The notes under the pieces: model-generated
The model's database searches: none
What the model was told of the DNA's origin: nothing
What the model saw: the letters and a program-made list of their open reading frames with translations, nothing else
NCBI GenBank assembly: GCA_043804515.1
Contig: JAZDIZ010000203.1
Location: forward strand, 1 to 23,465
Source of the DNA: Pseudomonadota bacterium
GTDB taxonomy: Bacteria > Bdellovibrionota_G > JALEGL01 > DATDPG01
Length of the DNA stretch: 23,465 nucleotides
Direction of reading: 5' to 3'
Shown: positions 1 through 8,141 of the stretch, piece by piece
Position numbering within the stretch: the stretch's first letter is position 1
Layout: each line of letters opens with the position of its first letter
Translations under genes and position numbers: made by a program

Positions 1-2020
1 CCGAGGCGCCGACGCGCGTGAAAATGCGGTCCACTACGCCGATCTCGGCTTCCTCGGCGGGCACGAAAGATCCCGTCTGCGCCAGAAGCGTAATCAGGCC
101 CACCTGACGCATGATCGTGGATTTTCCGGACATGTTGGGCCCGGTGAGGATCACGATCTGCCGCTCTTCGCAGTCCAGGTCCGTGTCGTTCGGAACGAAC
201 GGATCCCCCTCCATGAAGCGCTCCACCACAGGATGCCGGCCGGCTTTGATCCGGATGGAAGTCCCCTCGTGCATCCGGGGGCGGCAGTACCGGTAACGTG
301 CCGCCACGCGGGCCAGGGAGCAAAGCATGTCCAGATCCGCCAAAGCCCCCGCGAGGCGCTGGAGCGACCGCGTGGCCTCCGCGACGCGTTTCCTAAGGCC
401 CTCGAACAGCTCGAATTCCAGGCGGAAGCTCTTCTCCTCGGCCGACAGGATCCGGTCTTCCTGCTCCTTGAGTTCGGGAGTCACGTACCGTTCGGCGTTG
501 GCCAGGGTTTGCTTGCGTTGATACTCCGGCGGCACTTTCGAAAGATGCGTGCGCGTGACCTCCAGGTAGTAACCGAACACCCGGTTGTACGCGATCTTGA
601 GCGAAGAGATCCCCGTGCGCTCCCTCTCTTGAGCTTCCAACCGCGCGATCCAGCTTCGTCCGCCGCGCATGAGAGAGCGGAGCTCGTCCAAGCCGGCGTC
701 GTAGCCGTCCCGGATCATCTCCCCCTCTTTCGTTCCGGGGGGAGGGGCGTCCGCAAGCGCTTTTTCCAGCTCCGTCCGAAGCGTTTCGTGCGGATCGATC
801 TCGCTCAAGAGCCGGACCAGGAAGGGACTGCGGAATTCGCTCAGTTGACTCCGGATTCCCCCGGCACGACCGAGAGAGCTCTCCAGCGCGAACAGATCGC
901 GGGCGTTGGCGCGCGCGCTGGCGATGCGTCCGATCAACCGCTCCAGATCATAGACGTGAGTGAGGTCCCGCCGGATTCGCTCGCGTGTTTCGCCGGCCAC
1001 CAGTAGTTCATCCACCGCGTCCAAGCGCCCGTTAATTCCTCCCACGTCGCGGAGCGGGGCAAGCAGGCAATCCCGCAGGCGGCGGGCCCCCATCGCGGTC
1101 TCGGTCTCGTTGAGGCAACCGAACAGGCTCCTGACGGCGCCCGGTTCGCCGCGCACCCGGTCGATTTCCAGATTCTCGCGCGTCGCCCGGTCCAAGTGCA
1201 CGAAACGCTCCGTGGAATAGGGATGAGGCGGGTGGAGATGCGGAAGCGCCGTCCGGTTCAGATGTTCGACGTAGTGCAGGAGGGATGCTGCCGCTTGGAG
1301 GGATGCCGTCGGGGACGGAAAGCCGAAACCCTCCAGCGTGGCCACCGAGAACCGCTCGGCCAGTTTGCGTTCGGCGCCGTCGCATACCCACTCCGGGACG
1401 CGCTCGAACCGGGTTCCGGGCCGAAGAGCCCCGTATGCCGTCGTCCACGGCGCGAACAGATCCCCGGCGTTTCCCTCCGGGAGAACCACCTCACGGGGAA
1501 GTAAGCGCCAGATTTCTTCTTCCGCTTCCAGAGGCGACGAAAAATCGGAGAGCTCGAAACGGCCCGTCGTTACATCCAGCCAGGCCAGCCCGGTCTCTTT
1601 CGGACCGGCATAGAGCGCAACGATTCGGTTCGCCTCCGTGGCTTCGAGGCCCTCCAGATCCGTCTGAAGGCCGGGCGTGATCACTCGGACCACCTCGCGC
1701 TTCACGATCCCGGTAGCCAGCGAAGGGTCCTCCATCTGCTCGCAAATGGCGACCTTGTGCCCCTTTTCCAAGAGCTTCGAGATGTAACCCGAGACACTGT
1801 GATGCGGTACTCCGCAGAGGGGAACCGGATTTTCGGCGTCCTTGTCGCGCGACGTGAGCGCGATGTCGAGAAGCTTGGAGGCGACCTCCGCGTCCTCAAA
1901 AAACATTTCGTAGAAATCCCCGAGACGGAACAGGAGGATGGCGTCCCGGTGCTGTTTCTTGATCTCCCAGTACTGCCGCATGAGCGGCGTATCGGGCGGT
2001 TCCACTCCCGTAGTCCCCAT
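1..2020 (-). CDS. mutS: DNA mismatch repair protein MutS (partial, C-terminus runs off the left edge)
   Basis: Absent from the ORF track because it has no stop in the window. Manual translation from ATG 2020 gives MGTTGVEPPDTPLMRQYWEIKKQHRDAILLFRLGDFYEMFFEDA (MutS-I mismatch-binding motif). The same frame near 1-160 gives QIVILTGPNMSGKSTIMRQ...DRIFTRVGAS (Walker A, ATPase domain). Confidence 0.97.
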   Translation of the reverse strand, partial: MGTTGVEPPDTPLMRQYWEIKKQHRDAILLFRLGDFYEMFFEDAEVASKLLDIALTSRDKDAENPVPLCGVPHHSVSGYISKLLEKGHKVAICEQMEDPSLATGIVKREVVRVITPGLQTDLEGLEATEANRIVALYAGPKETGLAWLDVTTGRFELSDFSSPLEAEEEIWRLLPREVVLPEGNAGDLFAPWTTAYGALRPGTRFERVPEWVCDGAERKLAERFSVATLEGFGFPSPTASLQAAASLLHYVEHLNRTALPHLHPPHPYSTERFVHLDRATRENLEIDRVRGEPGAVRSLFGCLNETETAMGARRLRDCLLAPLRDVGGINGRLDAVDELLVAGETRERIRRDLTHVYDLERLIGRIASARANARDLFALESSLGRAGGIRSQLSEFRSPFLVRLLSEIDPHETLRTELEKALADAPPPGTKEGEMIRDGYDAGLDELRSLMRGGRSWIARLEAQERERTGISSLKIAYNRVFGYYLEVTRTHLSKVPPEYQRKQTLANAERYVTPELKEQEDRILSAEEKSFRLEFELFEGLRKRVAEATRSLQRLAGALADLDMLCSLARVAARYRYCRPRMHEGTSIRIKAGRHPVVERFMEGDPFVPNDTDLDCEERQIVILTGPNMSGKSTIMRQVGLITLLAQTGSFVPAEEAEIGVVDRIFTRVGAS

Positions 2021-2028
2021 GGCCGCGG

Positions 2029-2056
2029 AATCTACCTGACGTACCTCCAGCGGCAA
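2029..2056 (-). promoter_or_regulatory. Putative sigma-70 promoter of mutS (leaderless or near-leaderless)
   Basis: TTGCCG-N16-TAGATT, then 8 nt, then ATG; no SD between the -10 and the ATG. Confidence 0.5.
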
Positions 2057-2071
2057 GGGAAGAGAGATGGA

Positions 2072-2199
2072 AATGGGGGACACGTACGAATTTCGCAGGT
2101 CCAAGGAGTCTAACGAGTTATGAGTCTAATTTCGCTGGCAATTTCCTAATTGGTACGTGTCCCCATTTGGGCGAGAATCCTAATTGGTACGTGTCCCCA
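2072..2199. repeat. REP/MITE-like cluster: two identical 22-bp direct repeats plus one inverted degenerate copy
   Basis: TCCTAATTGGTACGTGTCCCCA at 2144-2165 and 2178-2199. Inverted copy AATGGGGGACACGTACGAATT at 2072-2092 (one mismatch, one indel versus 2148-2167). Confidence 0.8.
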
Positions 2200-2200
2200 A

Positions 2201-2980
2201 TTAATGGATCGTCCTGTTCGTATAGCCGTCCGAGGGGTCTTGCTCGTCTCCGTCGCGGCGGATGAGCCGGAACCTGCGCCGCAAACGGCGTTTGCGCATT
2301 CCCCGCATCAGGCTTCGGAGTCCGACCCCATATCTCGTCAGAAGCGACCAGATCACGCCGACGACCATGCCGCCCAAGTGCGCGATGTGGCTCACGCCGC
2401 CCCCGCCCCCTGTCCAAAGGGCGTATAGCGTAATCGCGCAAAAGATCGCAACGCACCAGATGGCCCGGATGGGAATCAGAAAATAGAGATAGATCACGCG
2501 GTTGGGAAAGAGGAAGCCGTACGCCACAAGCAGGCCGAAAACCGCACCGGACGCGCCGATCGTAACCATGCCCGAGTCCGGCCCGATCACGATCGCTGCG
2601 AGTGCGCCACCGATCCCGCAAAGAAGGTAATAGCGCAGAAAGCTCCGGCCTCCCATGTAGCGCTCCACGTCGGCACCGAACCACCAAAGGCCGAGCATGT
2701 TGAGAAGGAGGTGCCAGAACGCCTGGTGAACGAACATGTACGTGACGGGCTGCCATAGGGCCCAGTCGTGCGTCACCGATTTCGGGACCAAGCCCAAGAG
2801 CTGAATCAGGAGCGCTTGCGTGTCCATTGGCGCGGAAACAAGGTTGGAGATCTGATGGCCCTTTGCGATCAGGAGGAACAGGTAGACCAGGCCGTTGATC
2901 CAGAGGAGCGCCCGGACCACGGGCGTGAGGCTTCCTCCGAAAGATAGCCGGATCTGCCTCGGGTTTTGCGGACGTTCCAT
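2201..2980 (-). CDS. Rhomboid-family intramembrane serine protease
   Basis: Multiple TM helices; WQPVTYMFVH, HLLLNM, catalytic GASG and HIAHLGG motifs. Start taken at the second ATG (2980) because a -10 box overlaps the ATG at 2989. Confidence 0.93.
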   Translation of the reverse strand: MERPQNPRQIRLSFGGSLTPVVRALLWINGLVYLFLLIAKGHQISNLVSAPMDTQALLIQLLGLVPKSVTHDWALWQPVTYMFVHQAFWHLLLNMLGLWWFGADVERYMGGRSFLRYYLLCGIGGALAAIVIGPDSGMVTIGASGAVFGLLVAYGFLFPNRVIYLYFLIPIRAIWCVAIFCAITLYALWTGGGGGVSHIAHLGGMVVGVIWSLLTRYGVGLRSLMRGMRKRRLRRRFRLIRRDGDEQDPSDGYTNRTIH

Positions 2981-2987
2981 CGCCGTC

Positions 2988-3017
2988 ATCTTATTCGTTA
3001 CAGCCGCCCGCGGTCAA
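2988..3017 (-). promoter_or_regulatory. Putative sigma-70 promoter of rhomboid gene (leaderless)
   Basis: TTGACC-N18-TAAGAT, then 7 nt, then ATG 2980. Confidence 0.55.
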
Positions 3018-3030
3018 AGGGGGATCAGCT

Positions 3031-3050
3031 ATTAAGAATTAATCCTTAAT
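3031..3050. promoter_or_regulatory. AT-rich imperfect palindrome, candidate operator
   Basis: ATTAAGAATT-AATCCTTAAT: 9 of 10 positions symmetric, in a GC-rich background, just upstream of the rhomboid -35. Confidence 0.4.
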
Positions 3051-3072
3051 CTTTTCCGAAAGCCGATGCTGT

Positions 3073-3354
3073 CTAATTTTCCGGTGTGTCGAGGTGCACT
3101 TCGTCCACGACGGAAAGCACCACGGAATGAATCGGGGCTTCGCCGGCCGCCAGGATCTGGCGAGCCGTGTTTCCCTCCCGGGCCACGAGCACCTGGTCCC
3201 CCACTCCGGCTTGGACGGCATCCACGGCAAGAAAGGACTTCCCGGAGTCCTCCCCCTCGGGCGTCAGCGGCTGGACCACCAGGACTTTTCGGCCCTGGTA
3301 CGCGGGGTGTTTTATCGTAGCGACGGCGGTGCCGATGACGCGCGCGAGAATCAT
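3073..3354 (-). CDS. BMC vertex protein (BMC-P, EutN/CcmL family) #3
   Basis: MILARVIGTAVATIKHPAYQGRKVLVVQP...AVDAVQAGVGDQVLV...SVVLSVVDEV. True start at ATG 3354, in an ATGA overlap with the upstream BMC-P stop. Confidence 0.93.
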   Translation of the reverse strand: MILARVIGTAVATIKHPAYQGRKVLVVQPLTPEGEDSGKSFLAVDAVQAGVGDQVLVAREGNTARQILAAGEAPIHSVVLSVVDEVHLDTPEN

Positions 3355-3617
3355 ACGGTATCGACCTCGTCCACGATGCCCACGATCGCGGCGTCCACGG
3401 CCACGAACGTTTTCGACAGCGCCAGGGCCGCCTCCCGCCCGGCGACCCAATAAACCCGGTCCCCCTCCCCAGCCTGGACCGTGTCCACGGCGATGATGGG
3501 ACTGCCCCGGCTCTCGCCGGTGTGGTCCGTTGGTTGAATCACCATGAGCTTGATTCCTTTGAGTTCCTCGGCCTTGATCGTGGCCGTGACGGTACCGATG
3601 ACGCGAGCCAATTCCAT
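3351..3617 (-). CDS. BMC vertex protein (BMC-P, EutN/CcmL family) #2
   Basis: MELARVIGTVTATIK...AVDTVQAGEGDRV...VDAAIVGIVDEV; abuts the AldDH stop codon. Confidence 0.95.
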   Translation of the reverse strand: MELARVIGTVTATIKAEELKGIKLMVIQPTDHTGESRGSPIIAVDTVQAGEGDRVYWVAGREAALALSKTFVAVDAAIVGIVDEVDTV

Positions 3618-5039
3618 TTAAACAATCCGGAAATGACCGGCGAGCGTACAGCGGCGCTCTCTTGTGAAATTGATCGCCGTCGTGAGCCCTTCGCCCGTCG
3701 GGCCCGCGATGGTGAACGACGTGTAACCCTCGCCTCCCAAACCAAGGCCCGCATAGCTGGGGGCGTTCTTGACGAAAATCGACGTATCGATGAGGCGCGC
3801 CATTTCATGAAGGTGTTCGATGTTGCGCGAGTACATCACCGCCGTATGGCGGTACCCGTGCTCCAACTCCTTGGCCAGAACAATCCCCTCGTGAGCGCTC
3901 TTGACGCGGATGAGCGGGATGACCGGCAGTAGCATCTCGAACTGGGCAAAGGGATGGTTCTTGTCGGTCTCGCAGAAAACCAGGCGGATTTCCGGACCGG
4001 CGTTCACGCCGATCTCCGCCAGGATCTTCACGGCATCTTTCCCGATCCACTCCTTCTTGGGCCCATCCTTGGCCAAGAGAAGCGTTTCCAATTTTCGTCT
4101 TTGGTGCTCGGCTACCTCATAGCCGCCGTAATGGGCCATCGATTTCTTCAGGTCGTCCGCGATCGAATCCACGGCGATAATCTCTTTTTCCGCGATGCAG
4201 ACGATGTTGTTGTCCAGCGACGCCCCCAGAACGATCCCCTTCCCCGCCACGTCCAGGTCCGCAGTCTCATCCACCACCACCACAGGGGGGTTCCCCGGCC
4301 CTGCACCGATGACCTTCTTCCCGCAGCGCATCGCCTCGGCCACAACGCCGGGCCCTACGGTCACCACCACCATCCGGACTTCCGGATGCCGCATCAGCGC
4401 CTGCGCGGACTCGATCGTCGGATCTTTCATACAGCAAACCAGGTTGGCGGGCCCCCCGACGGCCACCACCGCTTCGTTAATCAGCTCCACGGTCCGGGCG
4501 GAAACCGCTTTTGCCAAGGGATGAGGATTAAAGATGACCGAGTCGCCGGCCGAGATCATCCCGATCGCGTTGCAGATCACGGTTTCCGAGGGGTTCGTGC
4601 ACGGGGTCACGGCGGCCAGGACACCCATCGGGCCCCTCTCGTGCAACGTCATCCCGTCGTCGCCCGTGTAGGTCCACGGTTCCAGAATTTCAGGCCCGGG
4701 CGTCTTGTCGATCACCAACCGGTTCTTCTTGATCTTGTCGTCGACGCGGCCGAGCCCGGTTTCCCGCACGGCCGCTTCGGCCAATTCCACCACGTATTCG
4801 TGGCAAAGCCGGCGGACCGACTCGATGATTTTTTTCCGGTGATCCAGGCTCAGGCCCAAGAGCGCCTGTTGCGCTTGCTCGGCGGCCGCCACCGCCGGAT
4901 CCATCTGGTCGAAAACCCCCATCTGATGCCTGCGGGGGCCCTCGGCGCGCCTTTGGGAAATGGAGGGGTCCGCTTGTTGGCCGATCCGCTCCACCACCTT
5001 CCGGACAATGCTTTGGATTTCGCTCTCGCTGATCTGCAT
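3618..5039 (-). CDS. BMC-associated CoA-acylating aldehyde dehydrogenase (EutE/PduP family) with N-terminal encapsulation peptide
   Basis: AVRETGLGRVDDKIKKN, PCTNPSET, GAGPGNPP, DNNIVCIAEKE (catalytic Cys281), HTA, SFTIAGPTGEGLT. N-terminal amphipathic helix SESEIQSIVRKVVERIG followed by a linker. Confidence 0.93.
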   Translation of the reverse strand: MQISESEIQSIVRKVVERIGQQADPSISQRRAEGPRRHQMGVFDQMDPAVAAAEQAQQALLGLSLDHRKKIIESVRRLCHEYVVELAEAAVRETGLGRVDDKIKKNRLVIDKTPGPEILEPWTYTGDDGMTLHERGPMGVLAAVTPCTNPSETVICNAIGMISAGDSVIFNPHPLAKAVSARTVELINEAVVAVGGPANLVCCMKDPTIESAQALMRHPEVRMVVVTVGPGVVAEAMRCGKKVIGAGPGNPPVVVVDETADLDVAGKGIVLGASLDNNIVCIAEKEIIAVDSIADDLKKSMAHYGGYEVAEHQRRKLETLLLAKDGPKKEWIGKDAVKILAEIGVNAGPEIRLVFCETDKNHPFAQFEMLLPVIPLIRVKSAHEGIVLAKELEHGYRHTAVMYSRNIEHLHEMARLIDTSIFVKNAPSYAGLGLGGEGYTSFTIAGPTGEGLTTAINFTRERRCTLAGHFRIV

Positions 5040-5041
5040 GG

Positions 5042-5332
5042 CTATGTCTTAACGAATCGGGTCGTGCCGCTGATCTCGATCGAGTCCACGATGGCCATGA
5101 TGGCGGCGTCCACAGGACGGTCTTTCGTCACGCTCGTTTGGCGGGCCGAGCTCCCGGAGGCATACATCACCACCTCGCCCGTCCCGGCCCCGACCGAGTC
5201 GATGGCGACCACGTACGCGCCGGACGGCTTTCCTTCCAGATCGAGTACCTTGACGATGAGAAACTTGAGACCTTCCAGTTTCTCATCTTTCCGCGTGGAG
5301 ACCACGGTCCCCACGACTTGACCGATCAACAT
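5042..5332 (-). CDS. BMC vertex protein (BMC-P, EutN/CcmL family) #1
   Basis: [21 protein letters not shown]...[13 protein letters not shown]...GSSAR...[11 protein letters not shown], classic EutN/CcmL pattern. Confidence 0.96.
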   Translation of the reverse strand: MLIGQVVGTVVSTRKDEKLEGLKFLIVKVLDLEGKPSGAYVVAIDSVGAGTGEVVMYASGSSARQTSVTKDRPVDAAIMAIVDSIEISGTTRFVKT

Positions 5333-5355
5333 GGCGGCCCCCCCCGTAGCGGGGC

Positions 5356-5658
5356 TTATTTCCCGCCGGACGGCTTCTGCCCCTGCCGCCCCAGCGGCAA
5401 CGACGTGTCCACGTTGCCGTGCGGCCTCGGGATCACGTGCACGGCGACCAGCTCGCCCACCCTCTCGGCGCCTTTCGCGCCCGCTTCGGTGGCGGCTTTA
5501 ACCGCAGCCACGTCACCACGCACGATGGCGGTAACGTACCCGCCGCCGGTTTTCTCGTACCCGACGAGGTCCACTTTCGCGGCTTTCAGCATCGCATCCG
5601 CCGCTTCCACCATCGCGGCAAAGCCGCGCGTTTCGATCATCCCCAACGCATCTGACAT
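5356..5658 (-). CDS. BMC hexamer shell protein (BMC-H, EutM/PduA-like)
   Basis: [36 protein letters not shown] motifs; GGGAGGA SD upstream. Confidence 0.97.
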   Translation of the reverse strand: MSDALGMIETRGFAAMVEAADAMLKAAKVDLVGYEKTGGGYVTAIVRGDVAAVKAATEAGAKGAERVGELVAVHVIPRPHGNVDTSLPLGRQGQKPSGGK

Positions 5659-5675
5659 AAGGTTGAATCCTCCCT

Positions 5676-6293
5676 TTAGCTCGACTTACCCTTTAATGAA
5701 CCCAAAGCTTTGACGGCGGCTTCCCGGGCCGAATCGATTTCAGATTCCGCGCCGCCCAAATACAATCGCCCGAACGCACCGAACGGACGCACGTCCACCA
5801 GCGTGATGTCCGCGGCCTTCTCCGCCTCGTTCGCCGCGAACGAAACGTACCCGGCCGGTTCGGTCTCCAGGATGAACAGGGATTGGCCGGGGAGCAGCAT
5901 GGATCCGGACCGGGTCCGGTTCACCAGCTGGGATTGATACGGTTCCACACTGCGGATCACCTGATTCGACACGATCTTCGGCGCGAGCCGGTCCTCCTCG
6001 CTCACTTCGAGATGTTTCAGTATGGCGGCGCCCGCCGAATGGACTTCCCCTTGATCCATCTCGTGGACTTCCAAAAGCCCGAAGGCCCGTTCCACGACCT
6101 GCAATGCCGGCTTCACTTTTGTGGCTTTGAGCGCCACGTCGGTCACGCGGTTGATCGCGATTCCCGGCGCGATCTCCACGAACAAGGAGGCCATGCCGGC
6201 GATCGGGAGAAACCCCTTCGCGGTGGACCCGATGAAAGCCGCGAGTTGGGGTTGAAGCGAGTCCAGGAACGAATACGTGCGAAGCGTAACCAC
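5676..6293 (-). CDS. BMC tandem-domain trimer, double-stacking permuted type (BMC-Tdp, CsoS1D/CcmP-like)
   Basis: [65 protein letters not shown] start. Confidence 0.94.
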   Translation of the reverse strand: MVTLRTYSFLDSLQPQLAAFIGSTAKGFLPIAGMASLFVEIAPGIAINRVTDVALKATKVKPALQVVERAFGLLEVHEMDQGEVHSAGAAILKHLEVSEEDRLAPKIVSNQVIRSVEPYQSQLVNRTRSGSMLLPGQSLFILETEPAGYVSFAANEAEKAADITLVDVRPFGAFGRLYLGGAESEIDSAREAAVKALGSLKGKSS

Positions 6294-6299
6294 GCGGTT

Positions 6300-6328
6300 T
6301 ACCTAGAAGTTAGCCGCCTGGGAGTCAA
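6300..6328 (-). promoter_or_regulatory. Putative leaderless promoter of the BMC operon
   Basis: TTGACT-N17-TAGGTA, then 6 nt, then GTG 6293; no SD. The -10 is imperfect. Confidence 0.4.
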
Positions 6329-6384
6329 GGATTTCTTGGCCGCGCAGGTGCGTTTTTGCGCCGGGACGCGCCCGGCGCCGTCGA

Positions 6385-6939
6385 CTACACCTTGGCATAC
6401 ACGATCCCGCCCTGCTTCTGGTATTTCCCTTTCTTGTCGGCATAGGAAGTCTCGCAGACTTCGTCGCTCTCCAGGAACAGGACTTGGCCGATCCCTTCAT
6501 TGGCGTAAATCCGGGCGGGAAGCGGCGACGTGTTGGAGATTTCCATCGTCACGAACCCCTCCCACTCGGGCTCGAACGGCGTGACGTTCACGATGATCCC
6601 GCACCGCGCATACGTCGATTTCCCCATGCAGATCGTGATGATGTTCCGCGGAATCCGGAAGTACTCCACGGAGCGGCCCAAGGCGAAGGAGTTGGGCGGA
6701 ATCACGCAGACGTCCCCTTGGAACGAGACAAACGCTTTTTCGTCGAAGTTCTTCGGATCGACCAGCGCGGAGTTGATGTTCGTGAAGATCTTGAACTCGT
6801 CGCTGACCCGGAGGTCGTACCCGTAACTCGAAAGGCCGTACGAAATCGCATTTCCGCGCACCTGTTTTTCGACGAACGGCTCGATCATCCCCCGTTCGAG
6901 GGCCATTTTGCGGATCCAGCGGTCCGATTTAACCGGCAT
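6385..6939 (-). CDS. dcd: dCTP deaminase
   Basis: [59 protein letters not shown]. Confidence 0.96.
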   Translation of the reverse strand: MPVKSDRWIRKMALERGMIEPFVEKQVRGNAISYGLSSYGYDLRVSDEFKIFTNINSALVDPKNFDEKAFVSFQGDVCVIPPNSFALGRSVEYFRIPRNIITICMGKSTYARCGIIVNVTPFEPEWEGFVTMEISNTSPLPARIYANEGIGQVLFLESDEVCETSYADKKGKYQKQGGIVYAKV

Positions 6940-6968
6940 GAACGCTCCTTATGAGATGGACACGGCGC

Positions 6969-6997
6969 AAGCTAACACATCGTCGAATGTTGGTGAA
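6969..6997 (-). promoter_or_regulatory. Putative sigma-70 promoter of dcd
   Basis: TTCACC-N17-TAGCTT with a TG extended -10. Confidence 0.4.
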
Positions 6998-7028
6998 TGC
7001 CGTTGAAGGGCGCCGCCCCCGGTTTCGC

Positions 7029-8054
7029 CTACCTCGGAATCTCGCTGATCAATCTTCGTAGGGCGCTGAATTCCAGCCCCAACCCCGCCTTGAGACAGGC
7101 CAGCTGGACAATGTCGTTCTTTCCAGCCGCTTCCGGATCCACGATTTCGGGAAGACCCAGATAGATCGCCACTTTCTTTCCGCGGAAATCGATCGGGCGG
7201 ACATCCACCGGCCATCCTTGCGGGACTTGAAGCCTCGGCACCCAAAGTTTGTCCTCCGGCCGGACAGGAACGGGGCCGAAATACGGCTCTCCCTCCTCCA
7301 CCACTTGCCTTAAAAGCGTGTCTGCGGATCGGTCCAACCCCAGATCCCGAAACTCCTTGGTCCGGATGGGAAAGCCGCGCACCATCACGCCCTGGATCGA
7401 CTCCTTTTGAACCAGGAAGATCGCGCTGCGCGGGAAGTTGGGGGACAGAAAATCAACGAGCGCCGTAAAAATATCTTCTTTCGTGTGGGCCCGAAGAAGC
7501 CGGTCCGCGTACGTCTGCAACGAGATCTTGGCCTCGCCTCCGGCCATCAAATCCCCGACGTTCACGCCGGGCACGGAGATCTCCGGGCCGGTGGGCTCCT
7601 CCTCCATGGGGATGTACCGTTGCTTGCGCGCAACGTGGTAGTAGCGCTCCAACGCCGCGATGATCCAGATTTCGGGGGCGATGAGAGGCTGGATGGTTCT
7701 CCCGGACTTGAAGCTCAGCTCGTCGATCGCGCTGATATCGTTCGGATCGCTGAAGGCCACCACCAATTTCTTGTCCAGCCGGAGCGGAATCGCCTTGTGC
7801 CCCTCGGCGGCTTCCTTCGGAATCAGGTCCAGAACACTCCGGGGAATGGCCTCGAAATCGGACGCCTTCGCGCACTGGATCCGGGACTGCTTGGCGAGGA
7901 ATTCGGCCAAATCCTCATCCGAGATGAGGCTTAGTTCCACAAGGTTGGTGCCGATTTTCCCGCCGAACGTCTGCTGTGCCTTCAGAGCCTGATCCAGCTG
8001 CTGTTGGGTAAGAAGGCCTCCTTGGATCAAAAGCTGGCCGATCTTGAGCGCCAT
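7029..8054 (-). CDS. Stand-alone MshEN (T2SSE_N/GspE N-terminal) domain protein, no ATPase; possible GAF-like C-terminus
   Basis: Tandem motifs KIGQLLIQGGLLTQQQLDQALKAQ and KIGTNLVELSLISDEDLAEFLAKQ, then IPKEAAEGHKAIPL...LVVAFSDPND...IDEL. No Walker A motif. Confidence 0.8.
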   Translation of the reverse strand: MALKIGQLLIQGGLLTQQQLDQALKAQQTFGGKIGTNLVELSLISDEDLAEFLAKQSRIQCAKASDFEAIPRSVLDLIPKEAAEGHKAIPLRLDKKLVVAFSDPNDISAIDELSFKSGRTIQPLIAPEIWIIAALERYYHVARKQRYIPMEEEPTGPEISVPGVNVGDLMAGGEAKISLQTYADRLLRAHTKEDIFTALVDFLSPNFPRSAIFLVQKESIQGVMVRGFPIRTKEFRDLGLDRSADTLLRQVVEEGEPYFGPVPVRPEDKLWVPRLQVPQGWPVDVRPIDFRGKKVAIYLGLPEIVDPEAAGKNDIVQLACLKAGLGLEFSALRRLISEIPR

Positions 8055-8141
8055 CGTTCGGGAAAATCCTACCCCCGTCCTTCGAAAAATTCCCGGTAAA
8101 ACAATCAGGTCGTTCCGGGTTGGGAGGGGTTCGAAATCGAA

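Noticed and set aside
111..2113. ORF-track calls over 111-2113 (e.g. 233..1006 +)
   Set aside because: Shadows of mutS, which occupies the minus strand and was omitted from the track for lacking a stop codon.
2144..2199. CRISPR array
   Set aside because: Only two direct copies with a 12-bp spacer, an inverted third copy, and no cas genes in the window.
3954..5321. 455-aa plus-strand ORF and similar long antisense ORFs (12014..13027, 13350..14720, 19525..20529, 21173..22180)
   Set aside because: Antisense to well-supported genes; expected in high-GC DNA; no recognisable motifs.
6353..6378. Intrinsic terminator after dcd
   Set aside because: The hairpin is present but followed by an A-run, not a U-run, on the coding strand.
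7029..8054. PilB/GspE ATPase or its pseudogene
   Set aside because: No Walker motifs; the ORF is intact with a different C-terminal domain, and I saw no ATPase remnant nearby.
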